A DNA stretch of 59,499 nucleotides, counting the filler. It is 6 parts of 6 records of this genome, joined end to end, with 100 filler letters (N's around TTAATTAATTAA, not from the genome) between each part and the next. Parts side by side here need not be neighbours in the genome. Positions count along the whole stretch, not along the records: positions 11,700 to 30,419 come from SRR2962707_4488; 5 more parts are not named here. One strand, given 5' to 3'. Under the pieces are notes generated by a model. The model was not told where the DNA came from. It saw only the letters and a list, made by a program, of their open reading frames with translations, and did not search any database. Positions 11,700 through 23,086 of the stretch are shown here, piece after piece (within the stretch, counting starts at the first letter, position 1; every line of letters starts with the position of its first letter). The position numbers and the translations under genes are program-made.

Positions 11700-13358
11700 C
11701 CAAGGCATCCAGGCAAAGATCATCGCCTGTGTCGCGTCCGTGGGCGCTGGGTTCAGTTTCTGCTGCAACCACATCGAAATACCAAGCAGGATTGGCAGGA
11801 TGCCAAGGCTCGCGATGGCAAAGATCGAACCAGGCTCTGGCGGCGCGAAGGACAACAGGCCAAACAGGTTCAGGATGGATGTGGGATCAGGCGCGGAAAG
11901 GTCATGAATCCAGCCGATCCAAGGGGCGTGACGCAGCTCCATCGTGACAAAGATAACCTTGTACAGCGAGAAGAAGATCGGCACCTGCATCAGGATCGGC
12001 AAACAACCGGACGCCGGGTTGACCTTTTCCTTCTTATACAGCGCCATCATTTCTTGCTGAAGCTTGGCGCGGTCGTCGCCTGCACGCTCTTTTAGTTTTT
12101 CCATTTCTGGCTGGAGCTCTTTCATCTTTGCCATGGAGACATAAGATTTATAGGCCAGCGGGAAGAGGACCGCTTTGATCAGCAGTGTCAACAGAATGAT
12201 CGACCAACCCATGCTGCCTGGAACGTTCAAGCCCGACAGGGTTTTGTTCAGCCAATGCAAAACCGCGAAAATCGGCTTTGTCAGGAAAAAGAACCAGCCC
12301 CAATCGATGCTGTCGACGAACCGGTCAACGCCTTCATCGTTTTGATAAGCGCGGATGGTTTCCCATTCCTTGGCGCCGGCGAACAAACGCGTGGTCACTT
12401 CGCTCGATTGACCGTCAGCAAGGGTTAGCGTCGGGAGAACCGTTTCAGTTTGATAGATATCGCGGGCTTCGTCATATTTTGCGACTGATTTGAACGCAGA
12501 ACCGGGCGCAGGGATCAGTGTCGACATCCAATAATGGTCTGTGAAGCCGGTCCAGCCGTTTTCGGTGACCTGCGTTACTTCTGCGCGGGCGCCTTCGCTG
12601 GCGACAACGCTAAAGTCGGCCATGTCGCCATAGTCGCTCTCGGTCAGCTCACCGTCTGACATCGACACCAAACCTTCATGCAGAATGAAGAAGTTTTTTG
12701 TGTCTTGAGGCTCGCCGTGGCGGGCAAGGATCCCATAAGGAGCCAGCGCTGCGGTGCCACCAGACGTGTTTTGCACCGATTGTGTCACGGTGAACATAAA
12801 GTCTTCGTCGACGGCAATCGTGCGACGGAAGGTCAAGTTGGCGGGACTCTGCCATGCCAAAGTGATCGGTGACTCTTCGGTCAGGATCGAACCGCTTTCC
12901 AGACCCCAAATCGTGTTTGGTCCCGGAACGTCGTCCAGACCCAGACCCGCGCCAGGCGCCCAGCCGTAAAGGGCGTAATACGGCGAATCTGATCCAACCG
13001 GCGACAAGATTTGAACGATGTCTGAGTCAGGCTCAATCGTGTCGCGGAAATCTTTCAAATACAGGTCATCGATCCGACCGCCTGTAAGGGAAATTGTCCC
13101 TTTCAAGCGGGGGGTGTCGATGTCGACACGGGCCGCTTCGGTTGTCTCGACCATGGCACCTTGTTGCGTGGTCACACCGTTTGCAGGTGACGTCGCCAAG
13201 GGAGCTTGGCTCGGCGCGGTGGTCGCGTCCGAGATTGCAGCCGGGGCCGGCGTTGCTATTTCCGCTGTATCTGGCGGTGGAAACAACACGAACCAAACAA
13301 GTATGACGGCGAAGCTTAACGCCGTCGCCAAAATGAGATTCTTGTTTTGATTGTCCAT
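11700..13358 (-). CDS. yidC: Membrane protein insertase YidC (3'-truncated)
   Basis: MDNQNKNLILA..., IDWGWFFFLTKP, GCLPILMQVPIFF; next to yidD/rnpA/rpmH. Confidence 0.96.
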
Positions 13359-14194
13359 CAGGGACCACCACCTATCGCTTTTGAAGTTCAGGCAGGGTTC
13401 AACAGAGTGAGGCACCAAAGGTCAAGCGGAATCGGGTGGAATGCGACGCCATGAGGCCGACAGTTGGTTGCTGACGGGCGTTTCTGCTCGAACAGCCCCT
13501 GTTTTTGTCAGTTTCCCTCGGCGTTGTACCACGTCCCTATGATTTATTGGCCGTCATGGGGCGTCGGGTTCTGATCATGTGAACTTGGTAGAAATGCTCA
13601 TTTCACCGCGTCGTATTGAATGCCCGGTTTCCCAAAGCTTCTGTAACAGTTTCAAGGCACAACCGTCATGGTATTGGCTATTTCTGAAAGTAAGGAAGCG
13701 ACTGCCCTTCTTATTGCGCCAAAGAGTTGATACCGGATTTGAGGGACTTCGGGCTCAGATGCTGAGCTTGAGGAAGGGGCGCAGGCCTGCGAATTCATCC
13801 GCAAAACACGCTTTGATAAATTCGTGAACCCGGTTTCGGCTACGAGTTCAGTTTTTTCAGATGTGGGTCGCCAACGGCGTTCAATATCAGAGTTTGCCGC
13901 ACCTCGATTCGCGGCGTGAGCAGCATAAACATTTCAGACAACGCCACCAGGAAGCTGGCTTTAGGAAATCCGAGTTTCTACGACTCTGGCTTGAAGGAAT
14001 TCAGCGCAAAGCAGGTTCAGTTCTCGGCTTTGAACCTGCGTGCTCTGGCCGTCATGCAGGGCTTTGCTGCAGACCGTTATGCAGATGGCAAACAGGCGTC
14101 TAAAACGTTAGGAAACAATGAAGGACGATGCACAGTTTTCTCAGCTCACTCGCCAAGCCAATGGCAGAGGGGCAAAGCGAGCCGACTTGAGCTG

Positions 14195-15067
14195 CTATTG
14201 ACGCAACTTTGGAATGCCCAAAGAGTCCTTGGCGCTTTTGTCAGGGTCCAGACTTAGCCCAGCGAAGTCAAATAATTTGGGGTCCAGCAAATGCGAGGGG
14301 CGCGCATTCATCAAAGCGCGGAACATCACTTGGCGACGTCCGGGGCTGTTCTTTTCCCAGCCATCTAAGATTTGTTTTACTTGCTGCCGTTGCAGCCCGT
14401 CCTGCGACCCGCAAAGGTCACAAGGAATAATCGGATAGTCCATGGCGCGGGCGAATTTCTCACAATCAACCTCGGCCACATGCGCCAAGGGACGGTAAAG
14501 AAAAAGGTCACCCTCTTCGTTAACCAGTTTCGGGGGCATTGTGGCCAATCTGCCGCCGTGGAACAGGTTCATGAAGAAGGTTTCAAGTATGTCGTCGCGG
14601 TGGTGGCCCAGAACGACGGCTGAACACCCCTCTTCGCGGGCAACCCGGTAAAGATTGCCACGACGCAAACGCGAACACAGGGCGCAAAAGGTGCGCCCTT
14701 CCGGCACTTTGTCCATGACGACGGAATAGGTGTCCTGATATTCGATGCGGTGCGGAACTTTCATCCGCTCAAGGAACTCTGGCAGGACCGTCGCTGGAAA
14801 GCCGGGCTGACCCTGATCCAAATTGCAGGCCAGAATATCCACCGGCAACAAGCCACGCCATTGCAGCTCGTACAGGATGGCAAGAAGGGTGTAGCTGTCC
14901 TTGCCCCCCGACAGGCAGACAAGCCAGCGTGCGCCACGCTCTACCATGCCATAGGCTTCGATCGCGTCGCGGACATTGGCCACGATACGTTTTCTCAGTT
15001 TCTTGAACTCGGTGCTTTTGGGCGCGCCGTGAAACAAGGGATGGATGTCGTCAAGATCGTCGAGCAT
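14195..15067 (-). CDS. ttcA: tRNA 2-thiocytidine(32) synthetase
   Basis: SGGKDS PP-loop, [20 protein letters not shown]. Confidence 0.95.
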   Translation of the reverse strand: MLDDLDDIHPLFHGAPKSTEFKKLRKRIVANVRDAIEAYGMVERGARWLVCLSGGKDSYTLLAILYELQWRGLLPVDILACNLDQGQPGFPATVLPEFLERMKVPHRIEYQDTYSVVMDKVPEGRTFCALCSRLRRGNLYRVAREEGCSAVVLGHHRDDILETFFMNLFHGGRLATMPPKLVNEEGDLFLYRPLAHVAEVDCEKFARAMDYPIIPCDLCGSQDGLQRQQVKQILDGWEKNSPGRRQVMFRALMNARPSHLLDPKLFDFAGLSLDPDKSAKDSLGIPKLRQ

Positions 15068-15166
15068 GTGCGGCGTTCCAGTGTGAAATATCGCGCAGGT
15101 CATAACGCGCAACGCCGCAACAATCCAGAGGAGGCGGCGTCAGGTCGGGGCGAGAGCCGCGCCGGT

Positions 15167-15388
15167 CTAGTCTGGAACGTTGTCGATTCCAGAGCCACCA
15201 AAGGGATTGCATCGCCCGACACGGCGTGCCGCCAGCCATCCACCTTTTATCGCCCCGTGCTTTTCGAGCGCTTCCAATGCGTAAGCGGAACAGGTTGGGT
15301 GGTATCGGCAGCCACGCCCCACCCAGGGCGACCACAACAGCCGGTAGGCGCGGACAGGAAGAGAAAGGAGATAGGCGGCGGGTGTCAT
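15167..15388 (-). CDS. yidD: Membrane protein insertion efficiency factor
   Basis: [11 protein letters not shown]...RCNPFGGSG. Confidence 0.93.
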   Translation of the reverse strand: MTPAAYLLSLPVRAYRLLWSPWVGRGCRYHPTCSAYALEALEKHGAIKGGWLAARRVGRCNPFGGSGIDNVPD

Positions 15389-15389
15389 G

Positions 15390-15794
15390 TCAGGCATGTA
15401 TTTTTCTGAGGGCATAGATCAAGTCGCCCTGCAAATCGGTAAAGTCCCGCTCGGCCGTTGTTTTGGGGCGGCCAATCAACACGTAGTCATGCCCGGCTTT
15501 GCCATGCTTCAGTAGAACCAAACGGGCCACTTCGCGCAGCCGCCGTTTGGCGCGATTGCGCGCCACGGCATTGCCGACCTTTTTGGAGCAGGTAAAGCCG
15601 ACACGAATCGTTGGATCACCGTCATCGCGGAACCGCGCCTGAACGCCCATGCCATTGGTGCCACGACGCATAGCGCGGGCCGCGGCCAGAAACTCCGACC
15701 GTTTGCTGAGCACCGGAAGTGATCCTGCTGAACATGAAGAAACCGCCAGAGGCGTGTTCCCCAATGAAGTGTCGGGGGCCTCTGGCGGTATCAT
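15390..15794 (-). CDS. rnpA: Ribonuclease P protein component
   Basis: [25 protein letters not shown]. Confidence 0.95.
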   Translation of the reverse strand: MIPPEAPDTSLGNTPLAVSSCSAGSLPVLSKRSEFLAAARAMRRGTNGMGVQARFRDDGDPTIRVGFTCSKKVGNAVARNRAKRRLREVARLVLLKHGKAGHDYVLIGRPKTTAERDFTDLQGDLIYALRKIHA

Positions 15795-15817
15795 CTTGTC
15801 TGAACCTAAAAGGTCGC

Positions 15818-15952
15818 TTATGCGCTAAGCACTTTGCGGCCTTGTGCGCGGCGCGAGTTCAAGATCTTGCGGCCGGCTTTAGTTGCCATACGCGCACGAA
15901 AACCGTGACGCCGTTTGCGAACCAGGTTCGAAGGTTGAAATGTGCGTTTCAT
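15818..15952 (-). CDS. rpmH: 50S ribosomal protein L34 (below the ORF-track cutoff)
   Basis: Manual translation [44 protein letters not shown]. Confidence 0.97.
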   Translation of the reverse strand: MKRTFQPSNLVRKRRHGFRARMATKAGRKILNSRRAQGRKVLSA

Positions 15953-16248
15953 CGCGAGCTACTCCGTACTGTCGTTCACCGACATCGCGGATTCGCGTGG
16001 TCGGATGTATTCGAAGCCCGTGCTATAGGGGGGGTCTTGGAATAAGTCAAACGTTGCAGACGACTGTTTGCAACAATTTCGGTCTGTTGGCGCATTTGAC
16101 CTTGAGAAATGTTTCAATCCTGCAAAATCACCCCTGTTTTCTAGCAGAACTTGTCACCCGTGATCAACGCGGCGTGAGGCGGGTGTCGTTTTCTGTCCTC
16201 AGAGCGCATCTGTGATAGCAACACCAGACAAACTAGGAGCGCAAAGAA

Positions 16249-16980
16249 GTGACCATGATGACTGATTCCCCGTCCAAGGGCCTGATGCGGTATGTGCCGA
16301 TGATCGCCATTCTTGTGGTTGCTGTGATTGGGGCGATTACACTGCGTGATTATCTGAGCTTTGACGCGCTGCGCGAGAACCGTGAGGCGTTGTTGGCCTT
16401 TCGTGATGCCAATTACCTTCTGACTGTTCTTGTGTTTATCGGGGCTTACATCACGATTGTTGCGTTCTCTTTGCCCGGGGCCACTGTGGCGACGTTGACC
16501 GGCGGGTTCCTCTTTGCAACCTTCCCCGGTGCCTTGTTCAACATCCTTGGTGCAACGCTGGGCGCTACGGCGATCTTTCTCGCGGCGCGGTGGGGGCTGG
16601 GCGAGCGATTGGCAGCCAAAATGGAAGGCAGCGATGGGGCCGTGAAGCGGATCAAAGACGGTATTGATGAGAACCAATGGTCCATGCTGTTCCTTATTCG
16701 GTTGGTCCCGGCCGTGCCATTCTTTGTGGCCAACTTAGTGCCTGCGCTGGTTGGTGTGCCGCTTCGCCGTTTCTTTGTGTCAACGTTCCTCGGAATTATT
16801 CCCGGTGCGGTGGTCTATACGTCGGTCGGCGCCGGACTTGGCGATGTGTTCGAACGGGGTGAAACGCCGAATCTCGGCATTATCTTTGAGCCTCAAATCC
16901 TTCTGCCGATCTTGGGTCTGTGTGTTCTTGCTGCGCTTCCCATCATTTTCAAAGCCCTTCGTGGCAAAAAGGACGTCTGA
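16249..16980 (+). CDS. TVP38/TMEM64 (DedA/VTT) family membrane protein
   Basis: Hydrophobic; LIRLVPAVPFFVAN and FFVSTFLGIIPG motifs. Confidence 0.88.
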   Translation: MTMMTDSPSKGLMRYVPMIAILVVAVIGAITLRDYLSFDALRENREALLAFRDANYLLTVLVFIGAYITIVAFSLPGATVATLTGGFLFATFPGALFNILGATLGATAIFLAARWGLGERLAAKMEGSDGAVKRIKDGIDENQWSMLFLIRLVPAVPFFVANLVPALVGVPLRRFFVSTFLGIIPGAVVYTSVGAGLGDVFERGETPNLGIIFEPQILLPILGLCVLAALPIIFKALRGKKDV

Positions 16981-16983
16981 GCC

Positions 16984-18402
16984 ATGCAAAGTGTGAAAAC
17001 TGATATTCTGGTCATTGGCGGCGGTTCGGGTGGGCTTTCCGTTGCAGCGGGTGCGGCTCAAATGGGCGCAGACGTGGTCCTGTTAGAAGGTCACAAAATG
17101 GGTGGCGATTGCCTGAACTATGGCTGTGTTCCCTCCAAAGCGCTGATCGCCAGTGGTAATGCGGCTTATGGGATGGGGCATGCGGCACAATATGGTATCG
17201 CAGACATGGTGCCTTCTGTGGATTATGCTGCCGCCAAAGATCATGTGGCCGACGTGATTGCTCAGATTGAGCCGGTCGACAGTCAGGAACGGTTCGAAAG
17301 TCTTGGGGTCCGGGTGATCCGGGAATTTGGCCGTTTTATCTCTTCTACCGAGGTCGAGGCCGGCAATTACAGGATTACGGCGCGCCGAATCGTTATATCG
17401 ACGGGGTCATCGCCGTTTGTGCCACCTATTTCGGGTTTGGACACAGTGCCCTACCTTACGAACGAATCCCTATGGGAATTACGGGAAAAGCCTGAACACC
17501 TGTTGGTGATTGGTGGCGGCCCCATTGGCATGGAGATGGCACAGGCACATCGTCGCTTGGGGTCAAAGGTTACGGTGATCGAAGGCTTCAAGGCGCTTGG
17601 CAAGGATGATCCCGAAACGGCGGCAATCGTCCTAGATCAGGTGCGCGCCGAAGGAATAGAAATTGCCGAAGACGCGCTGGCTCAGGAAATTCGCGGCAAA
17701 GCCGGAGCCATCGAAATCGAAACCAAAGACGGGCGTGTTTTCAAAGGCTCTCATCTGTTGGTAGCCGTCGGTCGTAAGGCCAACGTCGAAAAGCTAGGAC
17801 TGGACGAGGCCAGAATTGAAACGACAAGGACGGGTATTCAGGTAGATGCCAGCCTCAAAACGACCAACAAGCGGGTCTATGCCATCGGCGACGTCGCAGG
17901 GGGTTTGCAGTTTACCCATGTGGCGGGATACCACGCCGGTATAGTGATCCGCTCTGCCTTGTTTGGTCTTCCGGCAAAAACGCGCACCGACCATATCCCC
18001 TGGGCCACGTATACTCAGCCAGAGCTGTCTCAGGTTGGCATGACAGAAGCTCAGGCAAAGGACGCCCATGGCGCAGCGCTCGAAGTGGTCCGTTTTCACT
18101 ATAGTCATAACGACAGAGCCATCGCCGAACGAAAAACCGAAGGCTTGATCAAGGTCATGGTTGTCAAAGGCCGCCCCGTGGGCGTATCGATCGCAGGTTA
18201 CCAAGCCGGAGAGCTGATCAATCTATGGTCGCTTGTCATTGCCAATAAGCTTAAGATGTCCCACGTTGCGAACATGGTGTCGCCCTATCCGACAATCGGA
18301 GAGGTTAACAAACGTGCTGCAGGTGCTTATTTCTCGCCCCGACTGTTTGACAGCAGCAAAGTCAAAAAGGTGGTCGGATTTGTACAACGCTGGCTGCCAT
18401 AA
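16984..18402 (+). CDS. Pyridine nucleotide-disulfide oxidoreductase (mercuric reductase-like/LPD family)
   Basis: GGGSGG, GGDCLNYGCVPSK redox disulfide, GGGPIG, YPT; lacks the C-terminal CC pair. Confidence 0.88.
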   Translation: MQSVKTDILVIGGGSGGLSVAAGAAQMGADVVLLEGHKMGGDCLNYGCVPSKALIASGNAAYGMGHAAQYGIADMVPSVDYAAAKDHVADVIAQIEPVDSQERFESLGVRVIREFGRFISSTEVEAGNYRITARRIVISTGSSPFVPPISGLDTVPYLTNESLWELREKPEHLLVIGGGPIGMEMAQAHRRLGSKVTVIEGFKALGKDDPETAAIVLDQVRAEGIEIAEDALAQEIRGKAGAIEIETKDGRVFKGSHLLVAVGRKANVEKLGLDEARIETTRTGIQVDASLKTTNKRVYAIGDVAGGLQFTHVAGYHAGIVIRSALFGLPAKTRTDHIPWATYTQPELSQVGMTEAQAKDAHGAALEVVRFHYSHNDRAIAERKTEGLIKVMVVKGRPVGVSIAGYQAGELINLWSLVIANKLKMSHVANMVSPYPTIGEVNKRAAGAYFSPRLFDSSKVKKVVGFVQRWLP

Positions 18403-18421
18403 CGGGAACTGAACGTCGATC

Positions 18422-19804
18422 ATGTTGAATTCGCTTTCTGGTCGCTTCCTGCTTTTGACCACGGTCTTTGTCATGTTGGCAGAGATCCTGATCTTTGTGC
18501 CTTCTGTTGCCCGCTTCCGAGAGGACTATCTCTTAGCGCGCCTTGAACGGGCTCAAATTGCGTCGCTGGCGCTGTTGGCGGATGACATGATCAGCGCCGA
18601 TCTAGAAGAAGAGCTGTTGCAAAACGCGGGCGTTTTCAACGTTGTGTTACGCCGGGACGAAGCCCGCCAATTGGTGCTGTCCTCTCCAATGCCAGGGCCG
18701 ATCTACACAACATTTGATGTGCGGGATGCGCCGGCTCTGACCCTGATACGGGACGCGATCGCCTGTTTGCTGGACCCCACTCCGCGCATCATTCGTGTGA
18801 TTGGAAACCCGCTGTTGGATGCGGGGCAATTGATCGAAGTTACGATGGAAACGGCGCCTCTACGTTCGGCTATGGTCGACTATGGATTGCGCATTTTGCT
18901 GTTGTCCGCAGTGATTTCGGTGTTCACGGCCTTTCTCTTGTTTCTTGCGGTTCAGCGCCTTTTGGTGCGGCCAATCAAAGGTGTTGTTGGCCACATGCAA
19001 AACTATGCAGCAGCGCCAGAGGATGCGCGGCGGGTGATCGAACCCAGTGCTAAAGTCCGCGAATTGCGCGAGGCTGAGGAGGCCCTGCAGTCCCTGCAAA
19101 CGCAACTAACTCAGGCATTGAAACAAAAAGAGCGTTTGGCACAGCTTGGGGGGGCGGTTGCGCGGGTTAGCCATGATTTGCGCAACATCCTCACCACGGC
19201 GCAATTGTTCACCGACAGGATCGAGATGTCTCAGGATCCGACGGTCGTGCGTTTGGCGCCAAAACTGGTGAATTCGATCTCAAGGGCCGTGTCTTTGTGT
19301 GAAAACACGCTTGCTTTTGGCCGCGCAGAAGAACCGGTGCCTAAACTCTCATTCGTTAACTTGGCCGAACTGGTCAGCGATGTTTTGGACGGTGAAAGAC
19401 TTGCCATTGGGAACAATGATCTTAGCCTTAGCGAAGACATCCCGGCCACTATGATGATCAGGGCAGATCACGAACAGCTGTATCGCGCCTTGTCCAATCT
19501 TGTGCGCAATGCGCGCCAGGCAATCATCGGGGTAGGTGGCGAAGGCGAAATCAATATCAAGGCTTATGCGGCAGATGAAGCTTGGCATATCGAAGTTTCG
19601 GACACGGGTCCGGGGCTGCCGCCAAAAGCGCGCGAGCATTTGTTTCAGGCATTCCAGGGAGGGGTGCGCAAGGGAGGCAGCGGTTTGGGCCTGGCCATCG
19701 TGGCCGAACTCATTCGCGGCCACGGTGGGAGCTTGGATTTGCGCCGCTCTGATGAGAGCGGCACATGTTTCGAGATTACGCTGCCTATGGGAACTGTCGG
19801 CTGA
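18422..19804 (+). CDS. Membrane sensor histidine kinase
   Basis: Two TM segments, H-box SHDLRN, NLVRNA, DTGPG, GSGLGL. Confidence 0.92.
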   Translation: MLNSLSGRFLLLTTVFVMLAEILIFVPSVARFREDYLLARLERAQIASLALLADDMISADLEEELLQNAGVFNVVLRRDEARQLVLSSPMPGPIYTTFDVRDAPALTLIRDAIACLLDPTPRIIRVIGNPLLDAGQLIEVTMETAPLRSAMVDYGLRILLLSAVISVFTAFLLFLAVQRLLVRPIKGVVGHMQNYAAAPEDARRVIEPSAKVRELREAEEALQSLQTQLTQALKQKERLAQLGGAVARVSHDLRNILTTAQLFTDRIEMSQDPTVVRLAPKLVNSISRAVSLCENTLAFGRAEEPVPKLSFVNLAELVSDVLDGERLAIGNNDLSLSEDIPATMMIRADHEQLYRALSNLVRNARQAIIGVGGEGEINIKAYAADEAWHIEVSDTGPGLPPKAREHLFQAFQGGVRKGGSGLGLAIVAELIRGHGGSLDLRRSDESGTCFEITLPMGTVG

Positions 19805-20608
19805 TCAGTTTTGTTCCGCGCTTTCAGAGCTGAGACCGTCCAGCATTACTAGCCCTTTGTCGACCATGTTAGACAGCCAAACTCGGGCACTGTCGACGGC
19901 GGCGACAAAAGGTTCCAATACGACGTTTAGCTGCGGCACAGCTTCTCCCAGCATTGGGGCAAACACGTAAAGCCCGATCAAAACAACTACGGCAATGATG
20001 GCAACGCGCAGACCGATCAGGAAGCCGTCTCTGTCAGGTTCATCAAAATCAAAATCATCTCTATGTTCGGCCTCTATGGCCCGCCGTTCGGTCGCCGAGC
20101 GCAAAGTCGAATTGATTTCATCGATGTCCGGCAGCATGTTGCCTCGGGACTTGCCCTTTGCCTTTTGCCTGTCCTCACGTTCTGGGACCGGGTCTTCAAT
20201 GACGGTCTGCTTTGGTGGGCGGCTTCTTGCGGCCGGGGCCTCTAAGCCCAGGTCAGGCTGGCTTTCCAGAGATTGGCGTTCCGCGGCCCGAGCGCGTGTT
20301 TCAATTTCCGCTTCCTGACGCAACACATCGGCAATTTCGGGGTCGAGTTTGCGCTGGCGTGGCGGAGCCACGCTAGGTGGTGGCACAGGAATGCCCTCAT
20401 CGTCATCATCATAGACGTCACCGCGTTGCTGCGGTTTCGGCGTTGGTAAAACTTTGCCCAGCTCATCGGCCAGGTCTGCATCGAAATCAGGATGTGGCTG
20501 AAACCATGTGTTACCACAATTTGAGCATTGTACATCCCGACCGACATCCGGAATGACGTCTTTAGACACTTCATACTGTGCGCCGCAGTTCGGGCAGACT
20601 AGCCGCAT
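19805..20608 (-). CDS. Zinc-ribbon (MJ0042-type) domain membrane protein
   Basis: MRLVCPNCGAQY...VQCSNCGNTWFQ; C-terminal TM; divergent from ftsE. Confidence 0.88.
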   Translation of the reverse strand: MRLVCPNCGAQYEVSKDVIPDVGRDVQCSNCGNTWFQPHPDFDADLADELGKVLPTPKPQQRGDVYDDDDEGIPVPPPSVAPPRQRKLDPEIADVLRQEAEIETRARAAERQSLESQPDLGLEAPAARSRPPKQTVIEDPVPEREDRQKAKGKSRGNMLPDIDEINSTLRSATERRAIEAEHRDDFDFDEPDRDGFLIGLRVAIIAVVVLIGLYVFAPMLGEAVPQLNVVLEPFVAAVDSARVWLSNMVDKGLVMLDGLSSESAEQN

Positions 20609-20769
20609 ACGATTCCCCATGGTCAATAAGGCCTCAAACAGCCCTTTCGGACACCATAGGGCGATGTTTGGGTGTGGAAAAGTCCTATGTCTTAACAGGA
20701 GGCGCATTGAATCCTCCCCGATGCTCAGGCACAACAAGCGCAAATTGTCCGATATTGGTGGGTGCCCGT

Positions 20770-21447
20770 TTGATCGAACTTGAAAATGTCGCTTATAGCT
20801 ATGGCGGCGGTGAGTTATTGACTGATATTTCGCTTAAACTTGCGCCGGGATCGTTCCATTTCCTGACCGGGCCATCTGGAGCGGGCAAATCGACATTTCT
20901 GAAACTGTGTTATGGTGCCCTGATTCCCACGTCGGGCCATGTCCGCCTGTTCAACCGGGATGTCCGTCAGCTGGATCGGGATGCAGTGGCGGAATCCCGC
21001 CGTCGTATTGGCGTTGTGCATCAGGACTGTCAGTTTCTGGATCATCTGCCCGTGTCCGAGAATATTTCGCTTCCATTGACGGTGTCCGGTCGCGACGATC
21101 TGGCCCAGATTTCCAACCTGAAAGAGCTTATGGCCTGGGTTGGTCTGAACGAACGTGCCAAGGCCTTGCCACCAGAACTTTCGGGGGGGGAACGGCAACG
21201 CGCAGCGCTTGCGCGGGCATTGATCATGTCACCCGATGTGATCCTGGCAGATGAGCCAACAGGCAACGTAGATTGGGAAATGTCTCAGCGGCTTTTGCGC
21301 TTGCTGCTGGAACTGAATAAAATGGGAAAGACAGTCATGATTGCCACCCATGATCTTGCCTTGATCCGCGCTGCAAAAAGTCAGGTGCAGGCTCGTGTGC
21401 TGCGAATTTCAAACCGTCGGCTTCAACTGGCAGGAGCGGACCTGTGA
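20770..21447 (+). CDS. ftsE: Cell division ATP-binding protein FtsE
   Basis: GPSGAGKS, LSGGE, ADEPTGNVD; TTG start inferred. Confidence 0.92.
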   Translation: MIELENVAYSYGGGELLTDISLKLAPGSFHFLTGPSGAGKSTFLKLCYGALIPTSGHVRLFNRDVRQLDRDAVAESRRRIGVVHQDCQFLDHLPVSENISLPLTVSGRDDLAQISNLKELMAWVGLNERAKALPPELSGGERQRAALARALIMSPDVILADEPTGNVDWEMSQRLLRLLLELNKMGKTVMIATHDLALIRAAKSQVQARVLRISNRRLQLAGADL

Positions 21448-22352
21448 AACGATTTGATTTCGGCAAGGCGCTGGCCGTCTTTACTTCAAATGCCTCGTCA
21501 GATCGGGTGGTCCCGCCTTCGGGTTTCACGGTACGGCTGACACTTTTCACTTCGGGCGCGATGGCGTTGTTGGCGGTTTTTGCTCTGGCGCTGGCCTTGG
21601 CGTCAGGCCGTTTGGCGTCTCGATGGGGGGAAGAGCTGGCGAGGTCTTCGACGGTTCGCATTTCCGCACCTGCTGAACAAATGGCCGCGCAAACAGCCGC
21701 GGCACTGCGGGTTCTGACAACAACACCAGGCATTGAAGACGCGGTCGCCCTTAGTCCGGAAGAGCAGCAAAAATTGCTGGAACCGTGGTTTGGCCCCGAT
21801 TTACCCGTAGCGGATTTGCCGATCCCCCAATTGATCGACATTATCGAGACGGAAGACGGCTATGACAGTGCCGGGCTGCGACTGCGCCTCTCTGCCGAAG
21901 TTCCCGGTGCGGTATTGGACGATCATACCCGATGGCGGCGTCCGCTAATTGCGTCTGCGGCGCGTTTGCGTTTGCTGGGGTGGGTGTCGATTTTGCTGAT
22001 CGGAAGTGCAGCAGCCGCCATGGTGACCTTGGCTGCCAATGCGGCGCTTGCCGCGAATGCTCAGGTGATTTCCGTCCTACGATTGGTCGGGGCAAAAGAC
22101 GACTATATCGCCGGAGCCTTTGTTCGTCGCTTTACCCTTCGGACCCTTTCGGGCGCCACAGCGGGCACCGTTCTGGGCATGATTGCTGTTTTATTACTGC
22201 CAAGCGGCGGCGATACAGCGGGCTTTTTAACCGGGTTGGGATTTCAAGGTCTGCACTGGATCTGGCCGCTACTGGTTCCGCCTTTATCTGCGGCAGTGGC
22301 CTTTTTCGCCACACAATCCGCCGCGCAACGAGTGCTTGGAGAGCTGAGCTGA
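21444..22352 (+). CDS. ftsX: Cell division permease FtsX
   Basis: 4-TM permease overlapping the ftsE stop; LRLVGAKDDYI. Confidence 0.9.
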   Translation: MKRFDFGKALAVFTSNASSDRVVPPSGFTVRLTLFTSGAMALLAVFALALALASGRLASRWGEELARSSTVRISAPAEQMAAQTAAALRVLTTTPGIEDAVALSPEEQQKLLEPWFGPDLPVADLPIPQLIDIIETEDGYDSAGLRLRLSAEVPGAVLDDHTRWRRPLIASAARLRLLGWVSILLIGSAAAAMVTLAANAALAANAQVISVLRLVGAKDDYIAGAFVRRFTLRTLSGATAGTVLGMIAVLLLPSGGDTAGFLTGLGFQGLHWIWPLLVPPLSAAVAFFATQSAAQRVLGELS

Positions 22353-23086
22353 TGGGATATGCCATTCAATGGGTGCGGTCGTTGATATTCATCATCGTGA
22401 TGTATGTGTTGATGGCGATCTTGGGGATTTTGTTTCTGCCTTGGGCGCTTTTTTCGCGGCGCGGTGCATTGGTCGCCTGTCAGACCTATTGTCGGTTGGT
22501 TTGCTGGTGCGCTGGGTGGATTGCGGGCCTCAAAACAGAAGTGCGCGGCACCCCACCAACTGGCGAAGTCCTAATCGCGGCAAAGCACCAGTCTTTCCTT
22601 GATATCATTATGATTTTCGGCTCGGTACCAGCCGGGAAATTCATCATGAAACGCGAATTGCTGTGGGCGCCGGTTTTGGGTCAATATGCCCTGAAAATCG
22701 GTTGTGTCCCGGTTGATCGCGGCAAACGTGGGCAAGCTATCAAAAAGATGGTCGCGGACGTGGCCAAAGGCGCAGCAGCTCCGGGTCAAATGATCATTTA
22801 TTCTCAGGGAACACGCGTCGCCCCGGGTGTAAAGAAACCGTACAAGGTGGGAACATACGTTCTATATCAACAACTTGGACAAGATTGCGTTCCTGCGGCC
22901 ACCAATGTTGGCGTGTTTTGGCCGCGTCACGGGATCTACCGCAAGCCGGGTGTCGCCGTAGTGGAATTCCTTCCAACGATTAAAGCAGGGCTTGAGCAAA
23001 AAGAATTTCTGACCCAATTGGAAGCCGAAGTGGAAACAGCCTCTGACGCTTTGTTGGTTGAGGCCGGATTTCATGCAAAAAATTAA
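22352..23086 (+). CDS. plsC: Lysophospholipid acyltransferase (PlsC family)
   Basis: KHQSFLD, SQGTR; start overlaps the ftsX stop (TGATG). Confidence 0.85.
   Translation: MGYAIQWVRSLIFIIVMYVLMAILGILFLPWALFSRRGALVACQTYCRLVCWCAGWIAGLKTEVRGTPPTGEVLIAAKHQSFLDIIMIFGSVPAGKFIMKRELLWAPVLGQYALKIGCVPVDRGKRGQAIKKMVADVAKGAAAPGQMIIYSQGTRVAPGVKKPYKVGTYVLYQQLGQDCVPAATNVGVFWPRHGIYRKPGVAVVEFLPTIKAGLEQKEFLTQLEAEVETASDALLVEAGFHAKN

Noticed and set aside
16984-18402. merA mercury resistance
   Set aside because: No C-terminal Cys-Cys, no metal-binding N-terminal domain and no mer operon.
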